58,168 bases of DNA. Origin: a virus. Its lineage: Duplodnaviria > Caudoviricetes. Both the position numbers and the translations under genes were made by a program. The notes beneath the pieces are model-generated. The model was not told the DNA's origin. It saw only the letters and a program-made list of their open reading frames with translations, and did no database searches. The stretch is from IMG/VR virus record IMGVR_UViG_3300010354_000103, positions 1 to 58,168 of that record. One strand, written 5' to 3'. This document shows positions 7,624-17,856 of the stretch, one piece after another; within the stretch, counting starts at the first letter, position 1, and each line of letters starts with the position of its first letter.

Positions 7624-10600
7624 TTAGTATGCTTTGATTAACCACTTAACCCAAGTATATGCCGTCATCAATGGAACTTTTTGTTGAGGTGATAAACTAG
7701 GAGTAGGAATTAATTGTTTATTAGCATTTAATGTAAATTTACCAGGAAGTACTTCAATTCCAAGATCAGCAGCTGTTTTAATAATAGTAACCGAAGTTGT
7801 TGAAGGAGTTCCAGTATATGCCGTTCCATGTTCATCTACGTTTCCATAGCTGAATGTAGTGTTAATATTAGTGATTGGACTTAAAGATAGATAATGGTTG
7901 TGATTATTTTTAGTTGTAGGATTCCATTGTACAACACTCACACTTCTTCCAGGAATATCAATGGCAGCGACAAATTTGTATATACCACCACCAGCAGAAA
8001 CATTGCCAACTGAAGTCGTAAATGGTGTAGTAGTTAAATTGATATAAGAATTAATTTCATTATAATTTGTGTCGCCAATATTACCAATATTGGTTTGCTG
8101 ATAAGCAACTTGATCCCAAACTGCTGTAATATGAGTTCCATTATAACCTGGAGGTCCATATGTCAAACATCCACTTGTTGAAGGAGCCCATGGTTCGGCA
8201 GTTTTTAACCATACTGTGCTTGTATCTAATTGACTTAAAATAGTATTTTCATCAGTTAATGCTACAGAGTTAGCAAAACCATTCACAGATGATGAAGGTT
8301 TAACCATATAACCCCAGATATTAACTGGACATGAGGCAGAAGAGTTTGTTGGAGATCCTCCTAAAGTAATACCTGAACTAAAAGCACTAGTTCTACCTCC
8401 ATTACCATTCCAGTAAATAATACCTTTTGATCCAGTTCCTCCAGTTGTTGGATCTGGTTGTCCAGATACTAATAAATGTGTATGTGATGGAACTTCTGTT
8501 AATTTTGCCTGTTTTGTTTGAATAGCAGCAGAAATTTGACCACCAGTAGTAAATTCTACTTGACCAGTAACATCAGTATATCCTGTGGTTGCTATAGTTC
8601 CAATAACAAAATAGTCACTTTCTAAAGCAGTTAATCCAGTGCCAGGAGTTTCTACCTGTGGAATTGATTGAGCACTAGGAACTGCTATTTGATCAATATA
8701 CCATAATCCACCATGAGATCCAGGAATTGTATTTGACTTATTAGCACTAGATTTTGCTGGACCATAATCAGGAATTAAAGCTGGAGATGACGAAGCATTG
8801 CCATCTACAGGACCAGTACCAACAACTTTTTTATTCCTCATGTCTGGTAGTCTAAACTCACCACCAACATTTGCACCATATGTAGTTCCAATAATACTAT
8901 ACAGCAAAGGATAATCAGTAGGACTTACGTATGATCCATCACACAAAATCCATCCTGGATATCTAGAATCAGCTTTGCCATTTAAGTTGCCCCAGTTATC
9001 ATTATAACTAACATCTTTGAATATAGGCATTATTGCTCCAATAGGAAGACCATCCATCTTGGTTTCAAATTTAATTTCATTACCACCAGCAACTTGTACC
9101 ATATTCAAACTGCTATACCATTGTCCCAATATTGGATCTGGTGTTGGTGCTGGACTGACAACGGTAAACGTAGTTGTATAAGAACCAACCGTCACATTCG
9201 AACTAACAGAAAATCCTGCTATACCACTAGACAATAATCTAATAGTAAGAGTATCACCATTGCTAACCAATATTGGTAAAGCAGAAGTATATTGGTTAAA
9301 AGCAGAACCATTTTTGCTTATTAAAGCACCATTAGTAGCATATGCTCCAACTGTAGTCCCTAATCCAGCTACAGTAATAGTATTACTATTTGTGTTTGTA
9401 CTTACTGCTGTAGCAATAACAGTTGGGAATAAAAATGGAGTTGGAGATGTTCCAAATACGCCAGCATTTGTAACAGTCCATGTAGTGGAATAATCACCAG
9501 CGGCAATATTCCATGTTTTCGATTCTCCAACTACATTTGATGTAGTATATTTTAATTTTATAACATCATAGAGAGATACTGTAGTGCTGGATAATCCAGT
9601 ATCTACGTCATTTAAAACAATGGTAGGTAATGTGCCAGTTTGACCACTAGTATTCGTTATACTAAACGGAATAGTATCATCAACATTTTGAATAGTTACA
9701 CTATTACTATAATAAGTGGTATTTAAATTTCTATTACTTAAATCGATAAAACTAAATGAAGTGGGTGTGTTGTCTGGTTGAACACCAGTAGCAACGGTCC
9801 AAGTTTGTGAAGCAGAACTACCTACCGTGACTAAAGATGAAACCTGAGCAGAATAAGAAGATGATGTTAATATCCTTAGCTTAAATCCTTGACCATTAGT
9901 AATTGTTCTTGGCGAAGCAGAAAAAGTATCACATGTTGTTCCATTACAGATAGAAATTAAAGCTCCATTACCAGCTGTAATTGGAACGGAAGTATTAATA
10001 CCTGTGATTTGTACAATATCACTATCTACTAAAGTATTAATTGGTTGATTATTTAAGTTTGGTATAGTAAAAGTATTTGGAACATCATCTGGAACTGAAC
10101 CAGTCTCTACAGTCCAATATTGAGTTACAGTACCAACAGTAATAGTTAGTGTATACACAGTAAAATAAGAATCACCTGTAGTCATTCTCAACTGAATATA
10201 TTCATTATTTTTTACAACTCCCCCTTGACTCCATGACCCACACCCAGTTCCCTGTCCAGTACATACTCTCACTGCTTGAGAAAATCCATTACTGGTAACG
10301 CTAACTGGAACTTCACCAGTAATTCCAGTTATTTGTACATAATCGCTAGTATATTGTACACTTGGATTAGCATTAGTTACTCCAGTAAAAGAAAATGAAT
10401 CTGGAGTAAAATCTTGTGGTGGCCATCCAACAGTAACATATCCATCTAAATTAGTTCCTGCTCCTAAATTATCTGGAGTGGCAGCTACTGTAACAATGGA
10501 TGAATTGTAATAAGATCCACCACCGATACCACCATTAGCATCCAAGTCAACTGTAGCAATTACCCCACTAAATTCGTCAACTAAACTCGTATTTAATGTT

Positions 10601-13470
10601 CCCGCTGTTCCAAAACCACCGCCAGCACCACCTGCACCACCGCCGCCAGATACAGTAGCACTAGCTCCAGCAGGACCAGTTAAATTCAACCCAGTTAAAC
10701 TATCTATTTTTACAGGTCCAGTTCCAGCATTATTACCATTTTGTGATGGTTTTTGAATAACTGTATCATCACCAGCGCCACCACCACCTGCTCCTCCACC
10801 AGCTAAAGCAAGAAGAGTTCCGTTAGCTAACGTAATAGCAGCAGCACCGCCACCGCCACCACCAGATCCAGAATATTCTCCAGAATAAGTAGCACCACCT
10901 GCTCCACCTGTAGCATAACCAAATCCACCTGTTCCGCCAGCAGCACCCTTACTAAAATTAACCCCATTATTTCCTCGCTGAGGAGAGAATATTCTAAGTA
11001 TTTTATTTGTAGGATCAGGCCAAGTAACAGCTTCTAAATTCATTACTCCATAAAATATATTTCCATTTCCACCTCTACCACCAAAACTATTTGGATAATC
11101 GTTACCACCATTTCCACCTCCAGCACCCATTAAGTAGAAATCTAATGTATTTGCCCAAGAAGGAACTTGGAATTCATAATATGAACCAGCTGGATTGAAA
11201 TTTTGATATGTATATGATTGCTTTTTAGTAGTAACTCTAATAGTATCTTGAGTTTGTCCCACACGATATGTAACAGTTTGTGTTGTATAATTACTTGTAG
11301 AAGAAGTTACTCGTACATAAATCTGTGTTGTGCTGGCAGGAACAGTAGCAATTAATGAAGACCAATTTGTTCCATCTAGACTAAGTTGGGCATTAGCGCC
11401 AAAAGTTTGAGTAAGAATAGCAGCATCAGTAGTTAAATCCAGACCTTGAATTGGTACAGATCTAATATATTGAGTACCTAAATCAGCTTGATAGACATGC
11501 TCAGCTCTAAAAGGATATGGACTTGTTCTGGCATTTCTTGTCTTAATTGTAATTGTAGCGGTTTGATTTGCAAATGAAGGATCTGAAGGTCCAGCAGTTG
11601 GGTTACCATTTGGTCCAGCAGATGGAGGACCTTGAAGTGTTATTTGACTTGATAAAGTAGTATTATAACTTGAAGAAGCAGTTTGTTTAATAGTTACAAC
11701 ATCACCATTTTGTACATATACACTAGTTCCCCAAGTTCCAGATCCATTTTTCCTAATTAAACCAGCACCTTGAGTGACATTGCAACTCATTTGTACAGTT
11801 TGTCCGCTAATAGATGCTGGGACTGTAAATGGTAATGTATAACTAGTTGTTCTTGTAGAAAGAGGTACTTCTAGATCACTATAAGTTCCTGTGGTATATT
11901 CTGTTCCCAATCCACTAATATTAATATCAGAATAATAAGTTACTCCAATTTCAGCATTATTTAATGTATTTGTAGAAGAAACATTGACTAATCGATATTG
12001 TATTAGTTTTAATGATGCTGTAGTTGTACCACCAGTAACAGTCAATATATCATCAATTGCATATGGTCCAGTTCCTCTTTCCACTGTTTCAACAGCTTCA
12101 ATAGCACCAGTTAAACTGTTAACTTGTAATACCTTTACAGTCAATCCAACAGCTGTTGGATGTGTAGTATTTACTGTTGGATAAACACTATTTACAGTAT
12201 ATCCACTTCCACCCGAACTAACAGAAGATAAAGGTAAAGAATCTGTATTAGTGTAAATTGGAGCAAAATTTACTGAATTAGGATATCTATCAACTTCTGT
12301 CCATATCTGCCAAGAATCAGAAGTAGTGCCTAAAGTTTGTGTTACAGCATAAGTTCCCGATCCATAAGTACCTGAATTATTATTTTCATAAGATTGACCA
12401 CTAATTGTAGCAGTATCTCCACCTTGAGCAAAAACAGTAAGACTACCCGTTGTTTTTGTAGTATATCCGTTTCCAATCCTCAATCGAGTATATAATGTAT
12501 CACCTAATTTTAATTGTGTTAATGATTGTGACCAATTAGTGCCATCTTTTGATATTTGTAAATCAGTAGTTGAGGTTGCTCTCAATACAGCATCATTATC
12601 AATACCAGATATAGTAATATTCTGTGTCTTATATCCATTAAATTCTGTCGGTCCAACATCAACATAATCAGTAAATGTTGCTGATGTTAGAGTAGAAATT
12701 TGCTGTGCTTGAGCTCTTGTAGTGATACTCCACGTATCGGAACGAGCATTACCAGCTCCCCAATAATTATCAGATATAGTAAGAGTTACATTACTATTTG
12801 TAGTGTACCAATTTTCAGTTTGAATTCTTAATCTTACTGTATCATTGTTAGTTACAGTAAAATATTGTGTTAGAGTATGAGCAGTAGAAGTAGCAGTCGC
12901 TCTATTTGTTAATGTTACAGTAGTTCCAGCAATACTTAAAATTTCACCAGAAATATTTGTACTGGAAATATATCTACCAACAACTAAATTAGCAGTGCTA
13001 CTTACATTTGTAATATCCCTACTACCATTTGTAGTATTGCCAGTAACAGTAACAGATTGAGTAGCAGTGGTAATATATGGACCACCATTAATTGAAAAAC
13101 CAGCTGTCGAAAGATTTGGATAAGATCCTTTTGGTCCAGATCCAGAAGTAGCAATAGAAATAGGAACTCTTAATTCTAATCCACTTACAGTTATTGGGGC
13201 AGAATAGTATGTAGTATTTTTTTGAAATGTGCTAGTGAAATCTGCAGGAAGAGTTGCCGTGGCATTTGTAGATCCACTATTATCAGTAAAAGTAAAAGCA
13301 GCTGGCTGAGAATCTGGTAATCTAGTACCTAACGTAACTCCAGTAGGATCTGTTCCTGTACCTATTTGTACTTGAATTGTTACAGATGTATTCCACGTTA
13401 CTGGGGTTGGGTATCTAATTTCTACCTGATCTCCAGCACCAACATATACTGGCGTGCTACTAAATGGCAT
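7624..13470 (-). CDS. large tail fibre / virion protein, 1948 aa, with repeated beta-sandwich modules, Gly-rich module and tail collar domain
   Basis: Repeated P..F.F modules; PIGAIMP...GWILCDGS...YPLLYSIIGTTYG...FRLPDMR collar motif; HTH/HNH fibre motifs; WLIKAY end. Confidence 0.85.
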   Translation of the reverse strand: MPFSSTPVYVGAGDQVEIRYPTPVTWNTSVTIQVQIGTGTDPTGVTLGTRLPDSQPAAFTFTDNSGSTNATATLPADFTSTFQKNTTYYSAPITVSGLELRVPISIATSGSGPKGSYPNLSTAGFSINGGPYITTATQSVTVTGNTTNGSRDITNVSSTANLVVGRYISSTNISGEILSIAGTTVTLTNRATATSTAHTLTQYFTVTNNDTVRLRIQTENWYTTNSNVTLTISDNYWGAGNARSDTWSITTRAQAQQISTLTSATFTDYVDVGPTEFNGYKTQNITISGIDNDAVLRATSTTDLQISKDGTNWSQSLTQLKLGDTLYTRLRIGNGYTTKTTGSLTVFAQGGDTATISGQSYENNNSGTYGSGTYAVTQTLGTTSDSWQIWTEVDRYPNSVNFAPIYTNTDSLPLSSVSSGGSGYTVNSVYPTVNTTHPTAVGLTVKVLQVNSLTGAIEAVETVERGTGPYAIDDILTVTGGTTTASLKLIQYRLVNVSSTNTLNNAEIGVTYYSDINISGLGTEYTTGTYSDLEVPLSTRTTSYTLPFTVPASISGQTVQMSCNVTQGAGLIRKNGSGTWGTSVYVQNGDVVTIKQTASSSYNTTLSSQITLQGPPSAGPNGNPTAGPSDPSFANQTATITIKTRNARTSPYPFRAEHVYQADLGTQYIRSVPIQGLDLTTDAAILTQTFGANAQLSLDGTNWSSLIATVPASTTQIYVRVTSSTSNYTTQTVTYRVGQTQDTIRVTTKKQSYTYQNFNPAGSYYEFQVPSWANTLDFYLMGAGGGNGGNDYPNSFGGRGGNGNIFYGVMNLEAVTWPDPTNKILRIFSPQRGNNGVNFSKGAAGGTGGFGYATGGAGGATYSGEYSGSGGGGGGAAAITLANGTLLALAGGGAGGGGAGDDTVIQKPSQNGNNAGTGPVKIDSLTGLNLTGPAGASATVSGGGGAGGAGGGFGTAGTLNTSLVDEFSGVIATVDLDANGGIGGGSYYNSSIVTVAATPDNLGAGTNLDGYVTVGWPPQDFTPDSFSFTGVTNANPSVQYTSDYVQITGITGEVPVSVTSNGFSQAVRVCTGQGTGCGSWSQGGVVKNNEYIQLRMTTGDSYFTVYTLTITVGTVTQYWTVETGSVPDDVPNTFTIPNLNNQPINTLVDSDIVQITGINTSVPITAGNGALISICNGTTCDTFSASPRTITNGQGFKLRILTSSSYSAQVSSLVTVGSSASQTWTVATGVQPDNTPTSFSFIDLSNRNLNTTYYSNSVTIQNVDDTIPFSITNTSGQTGTLPTIVLNDVDTGLSSTTVSLYDVIKLKYTTSNVVGESKTWNIAAGDYSTTWTVTNAGVFGTSPTPFLFPTVIATAVSTNTNSNTITVAGLGTTVGAYATNGALISKNGSAFNQYTSALPILVSNGDTLTIRLLSSGIAGFSVSSNVTVGSYTTTFTVVSPAPTPDPILGQWYSSLNMVQVAGGNEIKFETKMDGLPIGAIMPIFKDVSYNDNWGNLNGKADSRYPGWILCDGSYVSPTDYPLLYSIIGTTYGANVGGEFRLPDMRNKKVVGTGPVDGNASSSPALIPDYGPAKSSANKSNTIPGSHGGLWYIDQIAVPSAQSIPQVETPGTGLTALESDYFVIGTIATTGYTDVTGQVEFTTGGQISAAIQTKQAKLTEVPSHTHLLVSGQPDPTTGGTGSKGIIYWNGNGGRTSAFSSGITLGGSPTNSSASCPVNIWGYMVKPSSSVNGFANSVALTDENTILSQLDTSTVWLKTAEPWAPSTSGCLTYGPPGYNGTHITAVWDQVAYQQTNIGNIGDTNYNEINSYINLTTTPFTTSVGNVSAGGGIYKFVAAIDIPGRSVSVVQWNPTTKNNHNHYLSLSPITNINTTFSYGNVDEHGTAYTGTPSTTSVTIIKTAADLGIEVLPGKFTLNANKQLIPTPSLSPQQKVPLMTAYTWVKWLIKAY

Positions 13471-13495
13471 TGATAGATTTCACTACAGTTTTTAG

Positions 13496-13503
13496 TATTT
13501 ATG
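13496..13503 (-). promoter_or_regulatory. late promoter CATAAATA
   Basis: NATAAATA about 25 nt upstream of the fibre start codon. Confidence 0.6.
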
Positions 13504-13690
13504 CTTCTTCAATAGATCTTATATCAACCCATTCTCCGCCATTAATTCTGACCTGAATAGGTTCTGATGCCTTTATTTCTACTTTATCTTTCTTTTTTAT
13601 GTGATTCATTTTTACCATAGCTGAGGTATAGTAACTATCATTAATAGAAAGATTATTATCGTCTATAAAATTAATTTTTTCTTTTTTCAT
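13499..13690 (-). CDS. small protein resembling the C-terminal module of the adhesin paralogues
   Basis: VEIKASEPIQVRINGGEWVDIRSI vs VEIKT...QIR.K..G....W...R.I; ATGA junction. Confidence 0.65.
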   Translation of the reverse strand: MKKEKINFIDDNNLSINDSYYTSAMVKMNHIKKKDKVEIKASEPIQVRINGGEWVDIRSIEEA

Positions 13691-13974
13691 GCCACGTTTC
13701 CTTCGTAAGTATCCCAATAATGTCTAATGAGGTTTTGAATAAATTCAGGTTCTCCAGAAATATCTTGCTCTGGAAATTCTAGTTCAACTTCATTACCATT
13801 AATATCAGTTGTTGTGTATTTACCAGCTCTTTTATATGTAACTATTGAAGTATTTGTATTCAATACATTACCAGTTTCTTTATTAGTTGTCACTGTATCT
13901 GTATAAACTGTTGCTTGACAATTTACCGCCGAAAAAATTATATGACTAACAAATGTTTTGGTTTCTAGTTCCAT
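13687..13974 (-). CDS. hypothetical protein, 95 aa
   Basis: ORF preceded by AATAAATA at 13984-13991. Confidence 0.7.
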   Translation of the reverse strand: MELETKTFVSHIIFSAVNCQATVYTDTVTTNKETGNVLNTNTSIVTYKRAGKYTTTDINGNEVELEFPEQDISGEPEFIQNLIRHYWDTYEGNVA

Positions 13975-13989
13975 TTTTTTAAATATTTA

Positions 13990-15585
13990 TTATATCTCTC
14001 TAGTATTTAACCATGATCCAAATGTAGAAGTTCCTGCTTGCTTAACTCGAATTTGAGCATCTGGAGTATTTGTTTTAATTTCCACATCTATCTCAACATC
14101 ATCGACAGTAATTGTTGTATTACTTTCAGTGTATTGTACTGGAGTATTAGCAATTTGATCAATATCTGGATAAGGAAAATATGTTGTATTGTCTCCAAAA
14201 TCAAATGTTTCGTTTACATCAGGTGCTCTAGTTCTAGCAGTAAAAGATGATGATACTGTTCCAATACTAAAATTATAAGTTCTAGAATTTGTCAAACCAG
14301 ATGGATCCGAATTGAAAGGTTGAGAAGTAAATCTTAAATAAACATTCTGACCATTTGAAATATATCTAGTACTGCCATAATTTACTTGATTCAATGTAGC
14401 ATCTAATCCAGCAGAAATACAATTAACTGCTGTAATCATATCAATGCCTTGTATCGGTCCAATAAGTATTTGATATGTAGTATCTGGTTCTAAGTTATTT
14501 AAAGAAACCCCAGAAGTAGTGGTGGTAGGAATTGAAAATGAATTTGGAGTATTATCATTATATACTTGTACAGTTATAGTTGAAGTAACACAAACTGTTC
14601 CAGCACAAGCAGTTAATGTATATGATTTAGTTGCTGGAGAATTACTACCTGCTACTGATTGTAATCCAGTGTCAACATCAATTGAACCACTAACATTTAC
14701 TGACCCAACTCCTTGATTAATTGAAACACTTGTCACAGCATCAGTAGTAGACCATCCTAATGTAACTGTTTTAGTAGGATTGCCTAATGTTCCACTAGTT
14801 TGTGGAGCTGGAGTATAATAAAATGAATTTATTACTGGCGTGAATAAAGTATATGAAACATTAATATATGGAGTGTTTTGAAATGGACCGTCACTACCCA
14901 CATATTGTAAAACACTAGAAACATATGCGCTACCGCCGCCTCCACCGCCACCCGAACTAAAATTTTGATCTCTTCCTCGGCCACCACCACCACCGCCTGG
15001 AGCTCCGCCACCACCGCCGCCGCCGCCTCCACCGTCAGTAGTTGCATCTGTTCCTTGAGCACCATTGCCTGGTGATATAGATCCAACAGCAGAAAATCCA
15101 CCAGCATCCCCGCCAGGACCACCTAATCTATCCCAAGACCCACCACCGCCGCCTCCTCCGCCTCCAGCGAGAAGAATTGTAGATCCACTATTATTTGTAA
15201 CGCCAGTGGCACCTCCACCACCACCTCCTCCTCCAGAGTATCCTGGATCATCATCACCCGCTGCTTGAGTACCTGTATTACCTCCTCTACCTCCACTACC
15301 AAGACTACTAGATCCACCAGCAGCGCCTCCACCACCGTATGAATTATTTCCACCATTTGATCCAATAGCACCAACGTATAAAGTTGGTGTTCTAGCAGTA
15401 AATTCTGTTATGTATTTAAATACACCTACTCTACCATTTCCAAAACTACCCCCAGCAGTTGCTCCATCAGTACCACCAGTACCACCTCTACCACTTGCTA
15501 CAGTAAGTTGTATATTTCCAGCATTCGATGGGATAGAAATACTAGTACTGCTTGTATAAGTATTGGATACGTTTGTCTGACTCAT
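13990..15585 (-). CDS. Gly-rich adhesin-like virion protein, paralogue 5
   Basis: Poly-Gly N-terminal head plus shared C-terminal region (VYNDNTP, GIDM, TRAPDVNETFDFGD, FGSW..TR.I). Confidence 0.75.
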   Translation of the reverse strand: MSQTNVSNTYTSSTSISIPSNAGNIQLTVASGRGGTGGTDGATAGGSFGNGRVGVFKYITEFTARTPTLYVGAIGSNGGNNSYGGGGAAGGSSSLGSGGRGGNTGTQAAGDDDPGYSGGGGGGGGATGVTNNSGSTILLAGGGGGGGGGSWDRLGGPGGDAGGFSAVGSISPGNGAQGTDATTDGGGGGGGGGGAPGGGGGGRGRDQNFSSGGGGGGGSAYVSSVLQYVGSDGPFQNTPYINVSYTLFTPVINSFYYTPAPQTSGTLGNPTKTVTLGWSTTDAVTSVSINQGVGSVNVSGSIDVDTGLQSVAGSNSPATKSYTLTACAGTVCVTSTITVQVYNDNTPNSFSIPTTTTSGVSLNNLEPDTTYQILIGPIQGIDMITAVNCISAGLDATLNQVNYGSTRYISNGQNVYLRFTSQPFNSDPSGLTNSRTYNFSIGTVSSSFTARTRAPDVNETFDFGDNTTYFPYPDIDQIANTPVQYTESNTTITVDDVEIDVEIKTNTPDAQIRVKQAGTSTFGSWLNTREI

Positions 15586-15943
15586 ACTTTAAATACTCCT
15601 AGTACTTTGCCAACTACCAAACGTTTGTGCTCCTAAAGGTTTAATTCTAATCTGACTATCGGACTGATTAGTTTTAATTTCCACAGGAATTTCTGTATCA
15701 TCAATTACAACAGTTGTTGGACTGGTGAGATATTGAGTTGGAGAAATTACAGATTGATCAATTTCTGGATACGGAAAATTTGTATTACTATCCCCAAAAT
15801 CAAATGTTTCGTTTACATCAGGTGCTCTTGTAATAGCGGTAAAACTACCAGAATAAGTACCAATAGTAAAATTATAAGTTCTTGAATTTGTCAATCCAGC
15901 TGGATCTGAATTGAAAGGTTGAGAAGTAAATCTTAAATAAACA
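14195..15943. repeat. direct repeats between adhesin paralogues at 1599-bp offset
   Basis: ccaaaatcaaatgtttcgtttacatcaggtgctct at 14195-14229 and 15794-15828; gaattgaaaggttgagaagtaaatcttaaataaaca at 14309-14344 and 15908-15943. Confidence 0.85.
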
Positions 15944-17259
15944 CTTTGATTGTTTGAAATATATTGAATAGCAGAAAAAGAAGTGCCATTTAAAGTAGCA
16001 TCCAATCCAGCAGATTGACTACAATTCACTGCCGTAATCATATCAATACCAGTTACTGGTCCAATAAGTATTTGATATACAGTGTCTGCTGCTAAATTAT
16101 TTAAAGATGCTCCAGAAGTAGTTGTTGTAGGTATAGTAATTGTATTTGGGGTATTATCATTATAAACAGCCACAGTAATCGTAGAATTTACACATGTAGA
16201 TCCAGCACAAGCAGTTAATGTGTAAGATTTTGTTGCTGGAGAAGTAGTTCCAGCTGTTGATTGTAATCCAGTGCTGACTAATACTGATCCACTAGTGTTT
16301 ACTGTTCCAACTCCTTGATTGATTGAAACACTAGATACATCACTTGTTGACCATCCTAGCGTAACTTGATCTGTCGGATTGCCATTAATTCCACTTGTTT
16401 GTGGATCTGGTGTATAATAAAATGAATTTATTACTGGCGTATATGATACGTAGGAAATGTTTATTTCTGGAGCAGTTTCCCATACCGTAGATGAATTTAA
16501 AGTTAAAACACTACTATTGTATCCTGAACTACCTCCAGCGAAAGCAGCTGCGCTAGTTCCGCCTACACCACCACCGCCGCCGCCTGTTCCGCCATTAGAT
16601 CCTCTATTTGATCCATTAGATCCAGAAGAAACTGGAGTTACGGTAGTTGACCACGATCCTCCATCTGATCCGTTTCCAAGTCCAGCACCACCGCCACCAC
16701 CACCACCGCCGCCAGCGACAATTAGATTGGTAGATGTTGAGTTATTAATAACAGCGGATGCTCCACCACCGCCTCCGCCACCACCAGTATTTACAGTGGC
16801 AAAACATGTCTGTGGACAAATCCATCTATTTCCACCTTCAGCACATCCTGAACCACTAACATATCCACCACTACAAGGAGCAGAGTTACTACAAGGTTTA
16901 CCACAACATGTCGGACAAGTACAAATACTAGGATAGGAGCAATCGTAAGAATATGTATACGATCCAGACCCGCCAGTTCCACCAATAGCAACAGTACTAG
17001 TGCCCCCATTGCCACCACCTGGACTAGAACCATCAGATCCTACACCACCAACAACAAGTTTTAAATTTCTTTGTACAAAATTGTTGATAAAAGTGAATGA
17101 TCCTGTTCTTCCCTTACCATAAAAACCAATTCCACTATAATTTCCACCATTTCCACCTCGAGCTCCTCTCACTGTCACAGTAACATTTGAGGTGTTATCA
17201 GGAATAGTAATTTGATTTTGATTGGATGTGTATGTATTAGATACGTTGGTAGTAGACAT
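15589..17259 (-). CDS. Gly-rich adhesin-like virion protein with Cys-rich insert, paralogue 4
   Basis: Same C-terminal region; 10-Cys insert in the head. Confidence 0.75.
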   Translation of the reverse strand: MSTTNVSNTYTSNQNQITIPDNTSNVTVTVRGARGGNGGNYSGIGFYGKGRTGSFTFINNFVQRNLKLVVGGVGSDGSSPGGGNGGTSTVAIGGTGGSGSYTYSYDCSYPSICTCPTCCGKPCSNSAPCSGGYVSGSGCAEGGNRWICPQTCFATVNTGGGGGGGGASAVINNSTSTNLIVAGGGGGGGGGAGLGNGSDGGSWSTTVTPVSSGSNGSNRGSNGGTGGGGGGVGGTSAAAFAGGSSGYNSSVLTLNSSTVWETAPEINISYVSYTPVINSFYYTPDPQTSGINGNPTDQVTLGWSTSDVSSVSINQGVGTVNTSGSVLVSTGLQSTAGTTSPATKSYTLTACAGSTCVNSTITVAVYNDNTPNTITIPTTTTSGASLNNLAADTVYQILIGPVTGIDMITAVNCSQSAGLDATLNGTSFSAIQYISNNQSVYLRFTSQPFNSDPAGLTNSRTYNFTIGTYSGSFTAITRAPDVNETFDFGDSNTNFPYPEIDQSVISPTQYLTSPTTVVIDDTEIPVEIKTNQSDSQIRIKPLGAQTFGSWQSTRSI

Positions 17260-17262
17260 TAG

Positions 17263-17439
17263 TTACCATTTACCTTCTGGACAATTTAAACCTGGAACTA
17301 AAACTTTTGCTGGCATAAAACAATTACAAACGGAACATTGTTTTGTTAATGATCTAAACTTATCACATTGTATACATGTTTTCATTCGCTGAACTGCTTC
17401 TTTTTTATAAGCATCAAAATCTCTAAAAGCACTTTCCAT
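17263..17439 (-). CDS. small Cys-rich protein, 58 aa, not in ORF track (..RMKTCIQCDKF...QCSVCNCFMPAKV....NCPEGKW)
   Basis: Manual translation; TAATG junction; CxxC...CxxCxC...CP..KW (DUF6171-like pattern). Confidence 0.75.
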   Translation of the reverse strand: MESAFRDFDAYKKEAVQRMKTCIQCDKFRSLTKQCSVCNCFMPAKVLVPGLNCPEGKW

Positions 17440-17822
17440 TATACTTCTCCCTCTATTTCTTTCATAGCTTCATTATAGATTAATTCTTGTAAGTCTTCAT
17501 CTTGTGTATAATAATTCATTTGTAAAGCCATATCAATATCATTGATAATAGTTTCTGGAGTCATTTTATAAGTTTTTATAAATGTAGAGACTACAGATAC
17601 AATTTTATCTTTTATTCGTGTATCACCTCTATCAGCAAAATAATTAGCAAAAATAAAATTTTGTGGTGTAGCAACAACCATAAGTTTACGAAAATCTTCT
17701 TGAAATTGTTCTTCGATTGTTGTAAGTTCTGGGTTTTCAGGATAATTTAAATCAGTAGGAAGTTCGCCAGTTTCTGGATCAACAGAACCTCCATTATAAG
17801 TTCCACTTATTGGTAAAGTCAT
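17439..17822 (-). CDS. hypothetical acidic helical protein, paralogue of 22269..22523
   Basis: Probable start MTLPISG after CTAAATA (17843-17849); shared TP.N....YF...GD motif. Confidence 0.7.
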   Translation of the reverse strand: MTLPISGTYNGGSVDPETGELPTDLNYPENPELTTIEEQFQEDFRKLMVVATPQNFIFANYFADRGDTRIKDKIVSVVSTFIKTYKMTPETIINDIDMALQMNYYTQDEDLQELIYNEAMKEIEGEV

Positions 17823-17856
17823 ATTTCTATTATATTTTATAATATTTAGATTATTT

